From an uncultured Thermoplasmatales archaeon (GTDB taxonomy: Archaea; Thermoplasmatota; E2; UBA202; JdFR-43): DNA of 62,583 nucleotides. Every line of letters starts with the position of its first letter. Position 1 is the stretch's first letter. A program made the position numbers and the translations under genes. The DNA is taken from the NCBI GenBank assembly GCA_965563795.1, contig CBEXJS010000001.1, positions 1 to 62,583 of the forward strand. Reading direction: 5' to 3'. Shown piece after piece: positions 55,401-62,583 of the stretch. Below the pieces are notes generated by a model. The model did no database searches and was not told the DNA's origin. It saw only the letters and a list, made by a program, of their open reading frames with translations.

Positions 55401-58400
55401 CTGGTATGTTATACTAAATGACAGTTATGAAGAAAATAAAAGCGATGTATGGCATTTCACAACAACACTTCCGAAGCCTACCGTCGTGTATGTAGATGAT
55501 GATTATGATAGCAGCACCTCAGGATGGGGATATGACCACTTTGCTAACATAACAGATGGAATAAATGGTGTGGCGAGTGGAGGTATAGTGTATGTTTATG
55601 AAGGAGTTTATGAAGAAAGTATAGGGATAAATAAGAAAGTGAGTATAATTTCATTGAATGGAACGGCAAATACAATAATAAAGGCAAGTGGGCAGAATGC
55701 GGTGACTATGAATTATCCATGCTTATTGGATGGCTTTACCATAAGAGATGCTCATGCAGATTATGACAATGTGAGAGGAATATGGGTTAAGGCAGATGGA
55801 TGTATAATAAAAAATGTAACCATAACAAATATTACTGCTATTCAAAATGAAAGCAAAGTCATATACACATATGGAATAATGATTAACTATGCTGACAACT
55901 GCATCATTGAAAATGTAACAATATACGACATAGAAGGAAATGACTCAACAGCATATGGAATATATGTGCATGAGTCAGACAATGATTCATTCAAGAACAT
56001 AACAATATTCAACATTACCTCTGTAAGCACTGCCTATGGAATGTATATTTCATATGGCGAAAACAGCGAGCTTGTTGGTATAAATATAGACAATGTAGAT
56101 GGAAGTAGCTCATATGGAATTCGCACTGGCTATGCAGACAATAATATCTTAAGATGGATAAATGTAATGGAGAGTAAGTATGGAATAGCCCTTGATTCTT
56201 ATAGTGATTACAACATCATTGAAAATTGTGTTGTTGCTAATAACACGCTCTATGGAATAATAATTGGCAGAGCTACATACAATATAATTAAAAATAATAA
56301 CGTGCATGACAACAGATATGGCATAACCTTATGGATAGATTGTTATAACAACACGATAGAAAATAATACCATTTTCAGTAATGATTATTATGGGGTATAT
56401 TTCTATTCAGAAAATATGCTCAATATAATAAAAGGGAATGTCATTTACAATAATCAATATGGCATTTATCTTAACGAGTTAGCAGGAAACAATACAATCT
56501 TTTCTAACTACATATATAATAATGCAGTTGATGGTATGAGGATTTATTCCGGTTACAACAATATCTCATTTAATCACGTTTACAATAATTCCAAATATGG
56601 CATCCTTATTTCCTCAGGTGAAAGCAACACAGTATATGCAAATTATATTCATGACAATGGAGAGGATGGTATAAGGATATCCAGTTATTCCTCAAATAAT
56701 ACAATCATTTCCAACAACATCTACAACAATTCAGATGATGGAATAAAGTTATATTATTATACAGACGGTAACATCATAAAGAACAATTATATCTACAACA
56801 ATTCAGATGGAATAGAAATAAGTTATAAGAATCATACAAACAATGTTATCCGTGGCAATTTCATCTATAACAACAGATATAATGGCATATTCTCTGATGC
56901 TATTGCCATAAATAACACCATCATGGACAATGAAATTTACGATAATGGAAACAATGGAATTTATATCAAAAGTGGTGGCAAATTTAATAGCATCCTAAAT
57001 TGCGACATTTATTCAAATGGATATTACGGTATAAGATTAGAAAACAGCATTAATAATACCATTTCAGACTGCAATATTTATTTAAATGGAGATGATGGCA
57101 TATTGATTTACAGCAATAGCAATAATAACAGCATTTCCAACTGCAATATCTATTCGAATAATGATTTTGGCATTTGGATTTCCACTTCAAGCAATTACAA
57201 TAATATCTCTGGTTGTAACATTCATTCAAACAAAAATACAGGCGTGGGCATGGGATTTTCTAGCATTCATAATGTAATCTACGATTGTAATATTTATGAC
57301 AACGGAGGAGATGGCGTTTATATCAGTTCATCAAATAATGTAATATCTGGTTGTAACATTTCAAATAACTATAGAGGAATAAATATACAGGCATCAAGCA
57401 ACGAAATCAAATCAAATTATATAACTGGAAATCAATACGGCATTTATATAGGCAGTGTGAATAACAACATCATTTACAACAACTACTTCAACAACACAAT
57501 AAACGCCTATGATGAAGGAAACAACATATGGAATATAAGCAAGACAGCTGGAACAAACATCATAGGCGGTGCATGGCTCGGCGGCAACTACTGGCATGAT
57601 TATGCTGGTAATGATACAGATGGAGATGATTTGGGCGATACAATGCTTCCATACAATTGCTCAGGCAATATTGCAAATGGTGGAGACTGGCATCCGTTGC
57701 TTGTGCCAACAAATCATCCGCCTGCTGTGCCATATAATCCAACACCTTCAGATGGAGCTACAGATGTTGAATTGGATGTAACATTGCAATGGCAATGCTA
57801 TGATCCAGATGGAGATGCTTTGAGTTATGACATATATTTTGGTTTGTCATCGTCTTCGCTGGAAAAGAAAGCAGGCAACATAACATCTGCTTCATACCCC
57901 ATAAGCAATCTTCAATATTCAACAACTTATTACTGGCGTGTAGTTGCATGGGATGAATATGGAGCTAAAAGCATTGGGCCGGTATGGAGCTTTACAACAA
58001 AAGAAGATACACCACCTGCAGTAAGCAATCCGCACCCTGCAAATGGAAGCACTGGCATAGCCATAAATCCGATACTTGCTGTTGATGTTGATGATGCTGA
58101 TGGAGATATGTTGACTGTAACATTTTATGATGCCTCTGATGACAGCGTTATAGGAATGGTAGAGAATGCTTCTCCTGGAAGTACAGTTAGCATAGTATGG
58201 CAAGGCTTACAGTATTCAACAACCTATTCATGGTATGTTATTGTAAGTGATGGTATTAAAAGTACAAAATCCCCAACATGGACTTTCACAACAAAAGCAA
58301 AGCCACAATACACTCTTACAGTTTCAGTAAATCCTGAAGGAGCGGGAATCATTTCAATGAATCCTGCTGGTGGAGTATATGAAGAAGGCACTATAGTTAC

Positions 58401-59202
58401 ATTGACTGCAATAGCAAATGAAGGATATGTTTTTGCTTACTGGAGTGGAGATGCTTCTGGAACAAATCCAACAATTCAAATTATAATGAATAGCAATAAG
58501 AATATTATAGCAAATTTCCAGTTGCCGAACACTCCGCCACAAATAGAAATTACAGAGCCAGAAAATGGAACAGTTGTTTCTGGCGTTTTAATGATACAGG
58601 GAAAAGCATGGGATATGGATGGAAATGATACTTTGCAAAAAGTAGAAATAAGAATAGATGGAGGAGAGTGGAAGGAGGCAGAGGGAACAACATTATGGAG
58701 TTATTCATGGGATACAACAAAAGTTGCAAATGGATGGCATACCATTGAAGCAAGAGCTTATGATGGAATAGATTATAGCAATATAGCAAAAATAACAGTA
58801 AATGTGCAAAATGTTGAAAATAATCCTCCAGAAATAGAAATTACAGAACCAATGAATGGAAGCGTTGTTAAAGGAAGCATTGTTGTTAAAGGAAAAGCAT
58901 GGGATAAAGATGGAAATGAAAGCTTAGTCAAAGTAGAAATAAGAATAGATGGAGGAGAATGGAAAGAAGCAACGGGAACAATAAATTGGGCTTATACATT
59001 GGATACAACTAAATTAAGCAATGGATGGCACACTATAGAAATAAGAGCCTATGATGGCATAGATTATAGCAATATAGCAACTACAAAGATAAATGTGCAA
59101 AATGAAAAAGAAGAAAAAGGCATGCCTTGGTTAATTATTGGGGTGGTAATAGTTATTATAGCAATAGTAGCAATAGCTGTGCTATATCTAAGGAAGAAGT
59201 AA
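52441..59202 (+). CDS. Giant (2253 aa) cell-surface protein built from CarboxypepD_reg-like, beta-helix, FN3-like, InlB B-repeat-like and Ig-like modules, with a C-terminal TM anchor
   Basis: Has a signal peptide (MKKLLLIIGVLFLVAVTIPLGLEA). From the N-terminus it carries CarboxypepD_reg-like repeats (G.V.D..TG.PI.NANVS...D.NGYYE), then two right-handed parallel beta-helix blocks. The beta-helix blocks show a 22-23 aa periodicity (N.I..N...GI.I..S..N.I). Three FN3-like modules, an InlB B-repeat-like module (YTLTVSVNPEGAG...GYVFAYWSGDASG) and two Ig-like modules follow. The C-terminus is MPWLIIGVVIVIIAIVAIAVLYLRKK. There are very many N-x-S/T sequons. Confidence 0.75.
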   Translation: MKKLLLIIGVLFLVAVTIPLGLEAEPAQNASVTITWTDGKHNYEKNTLTGINGYYEFSLPVGNANISAEYSKQRGNEYITVSNSTGYFVVDGTEWKNITLPASPEDTVLIKGHVYDNKTGMPIANANVSATFHNDFFYGFNFTFSDENGYYELWVPASNITIGAVAGGYYYDVKMLGTVGAGETRNVDLCLEPLVGIVKGYIKDKDTALPIKNAYVMIFGRNTSFGNVTFSNDSGYYEFRVIEGNMSVMVEASDYFDAIIPPFYVGVGETKWVNITMTHFVDDNAWVVGRVLDKNNQPISNANVSVVGSITLFGKIGDFVREGKTDAIGHYNISVPAYALPYGMTTIYSVVAEKEGYFANSTSGTIQIFPGETKYMDDIYLEQKPPENCVVKGYVYIKSVPTKKIHYVGGTGSGNYTTIQEAINAASDGDIIKVYPGTYDGPIVINKEIKLIGDPVIDGHGDYGIKIEANNTLVENFTVFNCSYGIYARNLSFTLHNITIRNCTVYDCENYGIWMHYANDVFVENNTIYNVSMAGIVIWYANGGGIKNNEIFDSGNALPISGCSNLVISGNKIHDNSGDGIKITGNSIHNKIIANHVYNNTGYYGGIYVYTSHYNEITDNHIYNNTKYGIYIDGSHDNTISHNYVYKNGYDGIYLTQDGNNNSISSNPVYNNSRYGIIVYGSNNTINNNSIHHNQNGIVIKDTATNNNITLNKMENNSICGIYLIGDSNTVKSNSMIYNGYGIHILGSNNTILSNEIANCNRGVYVGETAKNNEIKDNNIQDSSSYEMRIYGQNNIFTNNTINSTKFSFTYGGNLTIKDASMPALPPPHWQSIGKFLKIEKLDSKPAWMNIRIYYDDSDVVGLYEFTLKIWKYAGSWQEDGWNGTRYLDMINNIVGVNITSFSIFAPLAMTPNHLPYATNPNPVNGSTDVSTNPTLSVVVHDEDGDTLNVSFYDASSDTLIGYVDGVLPGNTASIVWSGLSQGTTYYWYVILNDSYEENKSDVWHFTTTLPKPTVVYVDDDYDSSTSGWGYDHFANITDGINGVASGGIVYVYEGVYEESIGINKKVSIISLNGTANTIIKASGQNAVTMNYPCLLDGFTIRDAHADYDNVRGIWVKADGCIIKNVTITNITAIQNESKVIYTYGIMINYADNCIIENVTIYDIEGNDSTAYGIYVHESDNDSFKNITIFNITSVSTAYGMYISYGENSELVGINIDNVDGSSSYGIRTGYADNNILRWINVMESKYGIALDSYSDYNIIENCVVANNTLYGIIIGRATYNIIKNNNVHDNRYGITLWIDCYNNTIENNTIFSNDYYGVYFYSENMLNIIKGNVIYNNQYGIYLNELAGNNTIFSNYIYNNAVDGMRIYSGYNNISFNHVYNNSKYGILISSGESNTVYANYIHDNGEDGIRISSYSSNNTIISNNIYNNSDDGIKLYYYTDGNIIKNNYIYNNSDGIEISYKNHTNNVIRGNFIYNNRYNGIFSDAIAINNTIMDNEIYDNGNNGIYIKSGGKFNSILNCDIYSNGYYGIRLENSINNTISDCNIYLNGDDGILIYSNSNNNSISNCNIYSNNDFGIWISTSSNYNNISGCNIHSNKNTGVGMGFSSIHNVIYDCNIYDNGGDGVYISSSNNVISGCNISNNYRGINIQASSNEIKSNYITGNQYGIYIGSVNNNIIYNNYFNNTINAYDEGNNIWNISKTAGTNIIGGAWLGGNYWHDYAGNDTDGDDLGDTMLPYNCSGNIANGGDWHPLLVPTNHPPAVPYNPTPSDGATDVELDVTLQWQCYDPDGDALSYDIYFGLSSSSLEKKAGNITSASYPISNLQYSTTYYWRVVAWDEYGAKSIGPVWSFTTKEDTPPAVSNPHPANGSTGIAINPILAVDVDDADGDMLTVTFYDASDDSVIGMVENASPGSTVSIVWQGLQYSTTYSWYVIVSDGIKSTKSPTWTFTTKAKPQYTLTVSVNPEGAGIISMNPAGGVYEEGTIVTLTAIANEGYVFAYWSGDASGTNPTIQIIMNSNKNIIANFQLPNTPPQIEITEPENGTVVSGVLMIQGKAWDMDGNDTLQKVEIRIDGGEWKEAEGTTLWSYSWDTTKVANGWHTIEARAYDGIDYSNIAKITVNVQNVENNPPEIEITEPMNGSVVKGSIVVKGKAWDKDGNESLVKVEIRIDGGEWKEATGTINWAYTLDTTKLSNGWHTIEIRAYDGIDYSNIATTKINVQNEKEEKGMPWLIIGVVIVIIAIVAIAVLYLRKK
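58534..59103 (+). repeat. Tandem duplication (2 x about 291 bp) inside the giant CDS, encoding two Ig-like modules
   Basis: Segment 58534-58824 and segment 58825-59103 align base by base with high identity (ccacaaatagaaattacagagcc... versus ccagaaatagaaattacagaacc...). Both end in aatgtgcaaaatg. Confidence 0.8.
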
Positions 59203-59291
59203 TTAATGGGGATAGAAAATAACTATAAAGCCAGACAAAATCATAAATAGAATCACAAGGATAGCAATTAGCTTGATGAATAAATCTCTCC

Positions 59292-61901
59292 TCATTCTAT
59301 CAAAATGAAAATATCATTAGCCTTTATTAGATTTTCCGGTGGCTCCTCAATAATCTCCACCATTGATTCATCTAGTTTAACTTCTTCCCCATTAATTTTT
59401 ACCAAATAATAGCCCTTAGTAGCTATTTTTTCTGCTATTTCTTCTGCATTTCTATTTATTTCTTCAATAACAATCTTACTTTTTTCCTTAAATGCGGGTC
59501 CAATTTTGCTGAAAACTGGTTTTGCAATTTTCTTAACCGCTGGTTTTTCTTCAGAAATTTCTATGTTTTTTATTTTCAATGTACCAGCAATTATATCCAA
59601 AGCATCAACATTTCCATATATGGTTACTTTTTCAATGGGAGCATTCAATGGCATTCCTTGCTTACTCTTCCATTCTCTTATCCTTGCAATAACAATCTTT
59701 ACTTTCTCTCCTTCTTTTTCTGCTTCCTCATCAACAAGCAATGGAGATGGCCATTTTGAAACATGAATGCTTTCATCTTCTTCAAATTTTCTATAAAAAT
59801 TATGATAAATTTCTTCGGCAATAAATGGGAGGAACGGGGCAAATAATTTTGCTATTCCAAGTCCAATTGTATAAAGAGTGTATAAAGCTGAATCATCTTT
59901 CTTTTCATATACCCTATGCTTTACCATTTCTATATAATGGTCTGCAAATTCATGCCATAAGAAATATTCAATTTCTTTCATTGCATTTGAATATTCAAAT
60001 CTCTCCATGTATTCTGTAACTCTTTTAACAAGTTTGCTATATAGGCTGAGAATCCATTTATCAATCAAATGCAATTTTACTTCATTTGGCTTTTCTTTGA
60101 CTATGCTTCCAATGAACTTTTCAACATTCCATAGTTTATTCATTAATCTTATTCCTCTTACTAAATCTTTATAACGGAAAGGATTATCCTCACCTAGCTT
60201 GCATGTTGCTGCATAATAGCGCAATGCATCGCTTCCATATTCTTCTATTATTTCTAATGGATCAACAACATTGCCTAATGATGTATGCATTGGTTTGCCA
60301 TCTGGAGCAAGAATAAAGCCATCAATCATTACTTCTTCAAATGGTTTTTCATCAGTAAGCAAAAAGCATCTTAAGATAGTATAAAATGCCCATGTTCTTA
60401 TTATATCATGAGCTTGTGGACGGAGAGACATTGGATATAGTTTTTTGAAAAGTTTTTCATCTCTTTGCCAAAAAGTATTATATAACGGAGTTATTGAAGA
60501 ATCCATCCAAGTATCAAAGACATCTTCACAACCTTTTAGCTTGCCACCACATTTTGGACATTTCTCTACTGGAGGAGAATCTATAGTTGGATCAACATAG
60601 CATTGCTCTTCTTTTGCCAAAACAACTTCTTTGCAATTCTCACATTCCCATACTGGTATAGGTGTAGCAAAATAACGTTGCCTCGAAATAACCCAATCCC
60701 ATTTTAACGAATTAACCCATTCTTCAAGTCTTTTAAACATGTACTCCGGGTACCACTTCATCTGCTTAGCTACTTCCAAAATTTTTTCTTTAAATGGAAG
60801 TATTTTCAAAAACCATTGTTCAGCTTCAATGAATTCTATGGGGGTTTTACATCGCCAGCACACGCCTACGCTTTGCTCAATTTCCTCCTGCTTTACGAGG
60901 TAGCCTTGATTTTTTAAATCTTCTATGATGGCTTTTCTTGCTTCCTCAACTTTCATTCCTCTATACTTGCCAGCTAATTCGTTAAGAGTTCCATCTTCAT
61001 TTATACAAATTTCAATTGACAAATCATATTTCATAGCCCATTCTAAATCTTCCTTATCTCCAATTGTACATACCATTACTATGCCAGTTCCAAAGTTAGG
61101 ATCAACATTTTCATCTTCTACAATTTTTACTTTCTTTCCATAAATTGGAACAATAACTTCCCTTCCCACCAAATAAGGAGCTCTTTCATCATTTGGATTT
61201 ATTGCTACTATTTGGCATGTACAAAGCAATTCAGGACGGGTTGTGGCTATTTCAATATAGCTCCCTTTTTCATCCTTTTTTATTCCATTTCCTTCTCCAC
61301 CATTTGCCAGATAAAATTTAATTGTATTTAGCAAGGTTTTTCTTTCAACATGCTCTATTTCTGCATCCGCCATCGCTGTCATGCAACGAGGACACCAATT
61401 TACTGGAAACTTTCCTTTATAAATATATCCTTTTTTGTAAAGTCTAATAAAAGAAATTTGGGTGAGACGGCGATAATATTCTGCATCTGTCCTATAATAA
61501 ATGCTGTCATCCATTGATTCACCAAGCACAATAAATTGACGAATCATCTCATCTATATTATCATCTGCAAATTTTTTGCAGAGCTTTATGAATTCATGCC
61601 TATCTATATCCTTCCTTGTTATTCCATATTTTCTTTCTACCCTTTCTTCAATTGGAATCCCATTTACATCAAAGCATAATGGAAAGAAAACATTGTAGCC
61701 ACGCATTCTTTTATAACGGGCTATAAAATCAATATGGGTGTAATGGACTGCATGCCCTATATGCAATGCTCCGGATGCATAGCGAGGCGGATTATCTATT
61801 GAATATACTGGCTCTTTGTTTGGATCAAATCTATAAATTTTCATTTCCTGCCATTTTTCCTGCCATTTCTTTTCAACTTCTTTTGCGTTATAGCTACTCA
61901 T
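59292..61901 (-). CDS. valS: Valyl-tRNA synthetase
   Basis: Strong archaeal ValRS pattern: PPRYASGALHIGHAVHYTHIDFIARYKRMRGYNV, ATTRPE, DPNFGTG, WVISRQR and DTWMDSS. The true start is the ATG at 61901 (MSSYNAKEVEKKWQ). The 67-codon upstream extension in the track runs through an intergenic repeat. Confidence 0.85.
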   Translation of the reverse strand: MSSYNAKEVEKKWQEKWQEMKIYRFDPNKEPVYSIDNPPRYASGALHIGHAVHYTHIDFIARYKRMRGYNVFFPLCFDVNGIPIEERVERKYGITRKDIDRHEFIKLCKKFADDNIDEMIRQFIVLGESMDDSIYYRTDAEYYRRLTQISFIRLYKKGYIYKGKFPVNWCPRCMTAMADAEIEHVERKTLLNTIKFYLANGGEGNGIKKDEKGSYIEIATTRPELLCTCQIVAINPNDERAPYLVGREVIVPIYGKKVKIVEDENVDPNFGTGIVMVCTIGDKEDLEWAMKYDLSIEICINEDGTLNELAGKYRGMKVEEARKAIIEDLKNQGYLVKQEEIEQSVGVCWRCKTPIEFIEAEQWFLKILPFKEKILEVAKQMKWYPEYMFKRLEEWVNSLKWDWVISRQRYFATPIPVWECENCKEVVLAKEEQCYVDPTIDSPPVEKCPKCGGKLKGCEDVFDTWMDSSITPLYNTFWQRDEKLFKKLYPMSLRPQAHDIIRTWAFYTILRCFLLTDEKPFEEVMIDGFILAPDGKPMHTSLGNVVDPLEIIEEYGSDALRYYAATCKLGEDNPFRYKDLVRGIRLMNKLWNVEKFIGSIVKEKPNEVKLHLIDKWILSLYSKLVKRVTEYMERFEYSNAMKEIEYFLWHEFADHYIEMVKHRVYEKKDDSALYTLYTIGLGIAKLFAPFLPFIAEEIYHNFYRKFEEDESIHVSKWPSPLLVDEEAEKEGEKVKIVIARIREWKSKQGMPLNAPIEKVTIYGNVDALDIIAGTLKIKNIEISEEKPAVKKIAKPVFSKIGPAFKEKSKIVIEEINRNAEEIAEKIATKGYYLVKINGEEVKLDESMVEIIEEPPENLIKANDIFILIE

Positions 61902-61962
61902 TTTCTTCTGAAGTAAATTTGTGCTTATAAATTTGTTGGAAATGCTTATGCTGGGGAAATGA

Positions 61963-62038
61963 ATGAAAAATAGGATTGTTATTGACTCACTGCTATTGTA
62001 TGGAAGAAATTTATTTATGACAACACCAACTTCATTTT
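61963..62038. repeat. Compact pair of the intergenic repeat family
   Basis: The sequence is atgaaaaataggattgttattgactcactgctattgtatggaagaaatttatttatgacaacaccaacttcatttt. Confidence 0.65.
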
Positions 62039-62077
62039 CAATGACCTGGAAATGCTTTATGACCAAAAGATGAGGGC

Positions 62078-62314
62078 ATGATTGTGTATCTTTCTTGGGC
62101 AATCTTTGCTTATGGTGGCTGGTTTTTTGTTGAGCTGTATTATATGATGAAAAGATTTGGAAAAAGAAAAATTGGTAAGATAATTAATACATTGGTCGCT
62201 TCCGCAATTTTTCTCTTGGCTCTTTTTCTATTAGGACAAAATATGATTATTTTTTCCTTTCCTCTCTTTCTCTTTGCTCTTTTCATTTTAATAAAGACGG
62301 TGATTTTTGTTTAG
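62078..62314 (+). CDS. Small hydrophobic protein (about 3 TM), hypothetical
   Basis: The 78-aa ORF has strongly hydrophobic segments. I recognise no homolog. Confidence 0.3.
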   Translation: MIVYLSWAIFAYGGWFFVELYYMMKRFGKRKIGKIINTLVASAIFLLALFLLGQNMIIFSFPLFLFALFILIKTVIFV

Positions 62315-62583
62315 AATCATGGCAAAACATATCTCCATAATGGAAAACAATATCTGGTGGAACTTTCTTCCTTAATCCCGAGCCCTCCAGCATATTAATT
62401 TTGATTGTCCACTCTCCTTTTGTACATCTATCGTTAGTATAATTATTCTTCCTTTAAAAATTGAAAAGGAAGTGGCTTGACAGCATACCATCAGAAATAG
62501 TGGAAAGCATAACTAAAGATAATGCAAGTTTATTTAACTAAAGAATATTACGAACATCATAATGGCTATGCCATTTCTTGTTA

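Noticed and set aside
61902-62102. The 67-codon N-terminal extension of the ValRS ORF
   Set aside because: The canonical ValRS N-terminus starts at the ATG at 61901. The extension runs through the intergenic repeat at 61963-62038 and has non-protein-like sequence.
62315-62583. Possible partial gene at the right window edge
   Set aside because: All six frames contain multiple stops. The last 30 or so nt (aatggctatgccatttc) may be another degenerate repeat unit, but the window ends there, so I make no call.

Overview
This is a 62.6-kb, AT-rich, densely packed archaeal chromosomal segment. Archaeal hallmarks are the PolD small subunit (DP1), tRNA-splicing endonuclease, Taw1, RtcB plus archease, a Nob1-type PIN protein, split GMP synthase subunits and an archaeal-size SRP RNA. 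I support about 60 protein genes, many with 1-20 nt overlaps and TATA boxes 20-27 nt upstream of the start codon, which suggests leaderless mRNAs. There are also two tRNAs (Ile-GAU, Cys-GCA), one SRP RNA and one decayed gene. Content is mostly housekeeping: purine and GMP synthesis, the preQ0/archaeosine genes queCDE, tRNA maturation, GluRS and ValRS, Trk potassium uptake, hydrogenase maturation hypABCD, and sulfate activation by sat/cysC. A set of secreted or surface proteins is interspersed, including a C25-like protease and a 2253-aa beta-helix surface protein. I saw no CRISPR array, cas genes, transposase, integrase, restriction-modification or other recognisable defence module, so I cannot name a defined new system. 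The signals the gene list does not explain are: (1) a family of 50-60 nt palindromic intergenic repeats (REP/MITE-like) at 10 or more loci; (2) a perfect 48-bp inverted repeat carrying a palindrome plus TATA box that brackets a 4.4-kb five-gene block; (3) a five-gene sulfate-activation operon with a DHH phosphoesterase and an unexplained alkaline-phosphatase-superfamily enzyme; (4) a lipoprotein gene inside the queD-queC-queE operon; (5) a ValRS whose KMSKS loop reads PMHTS; (6) stable RNA genes ending 7 nt before protein start codons. All functional calls rest on motifs I recognised by eye. No database search was run.
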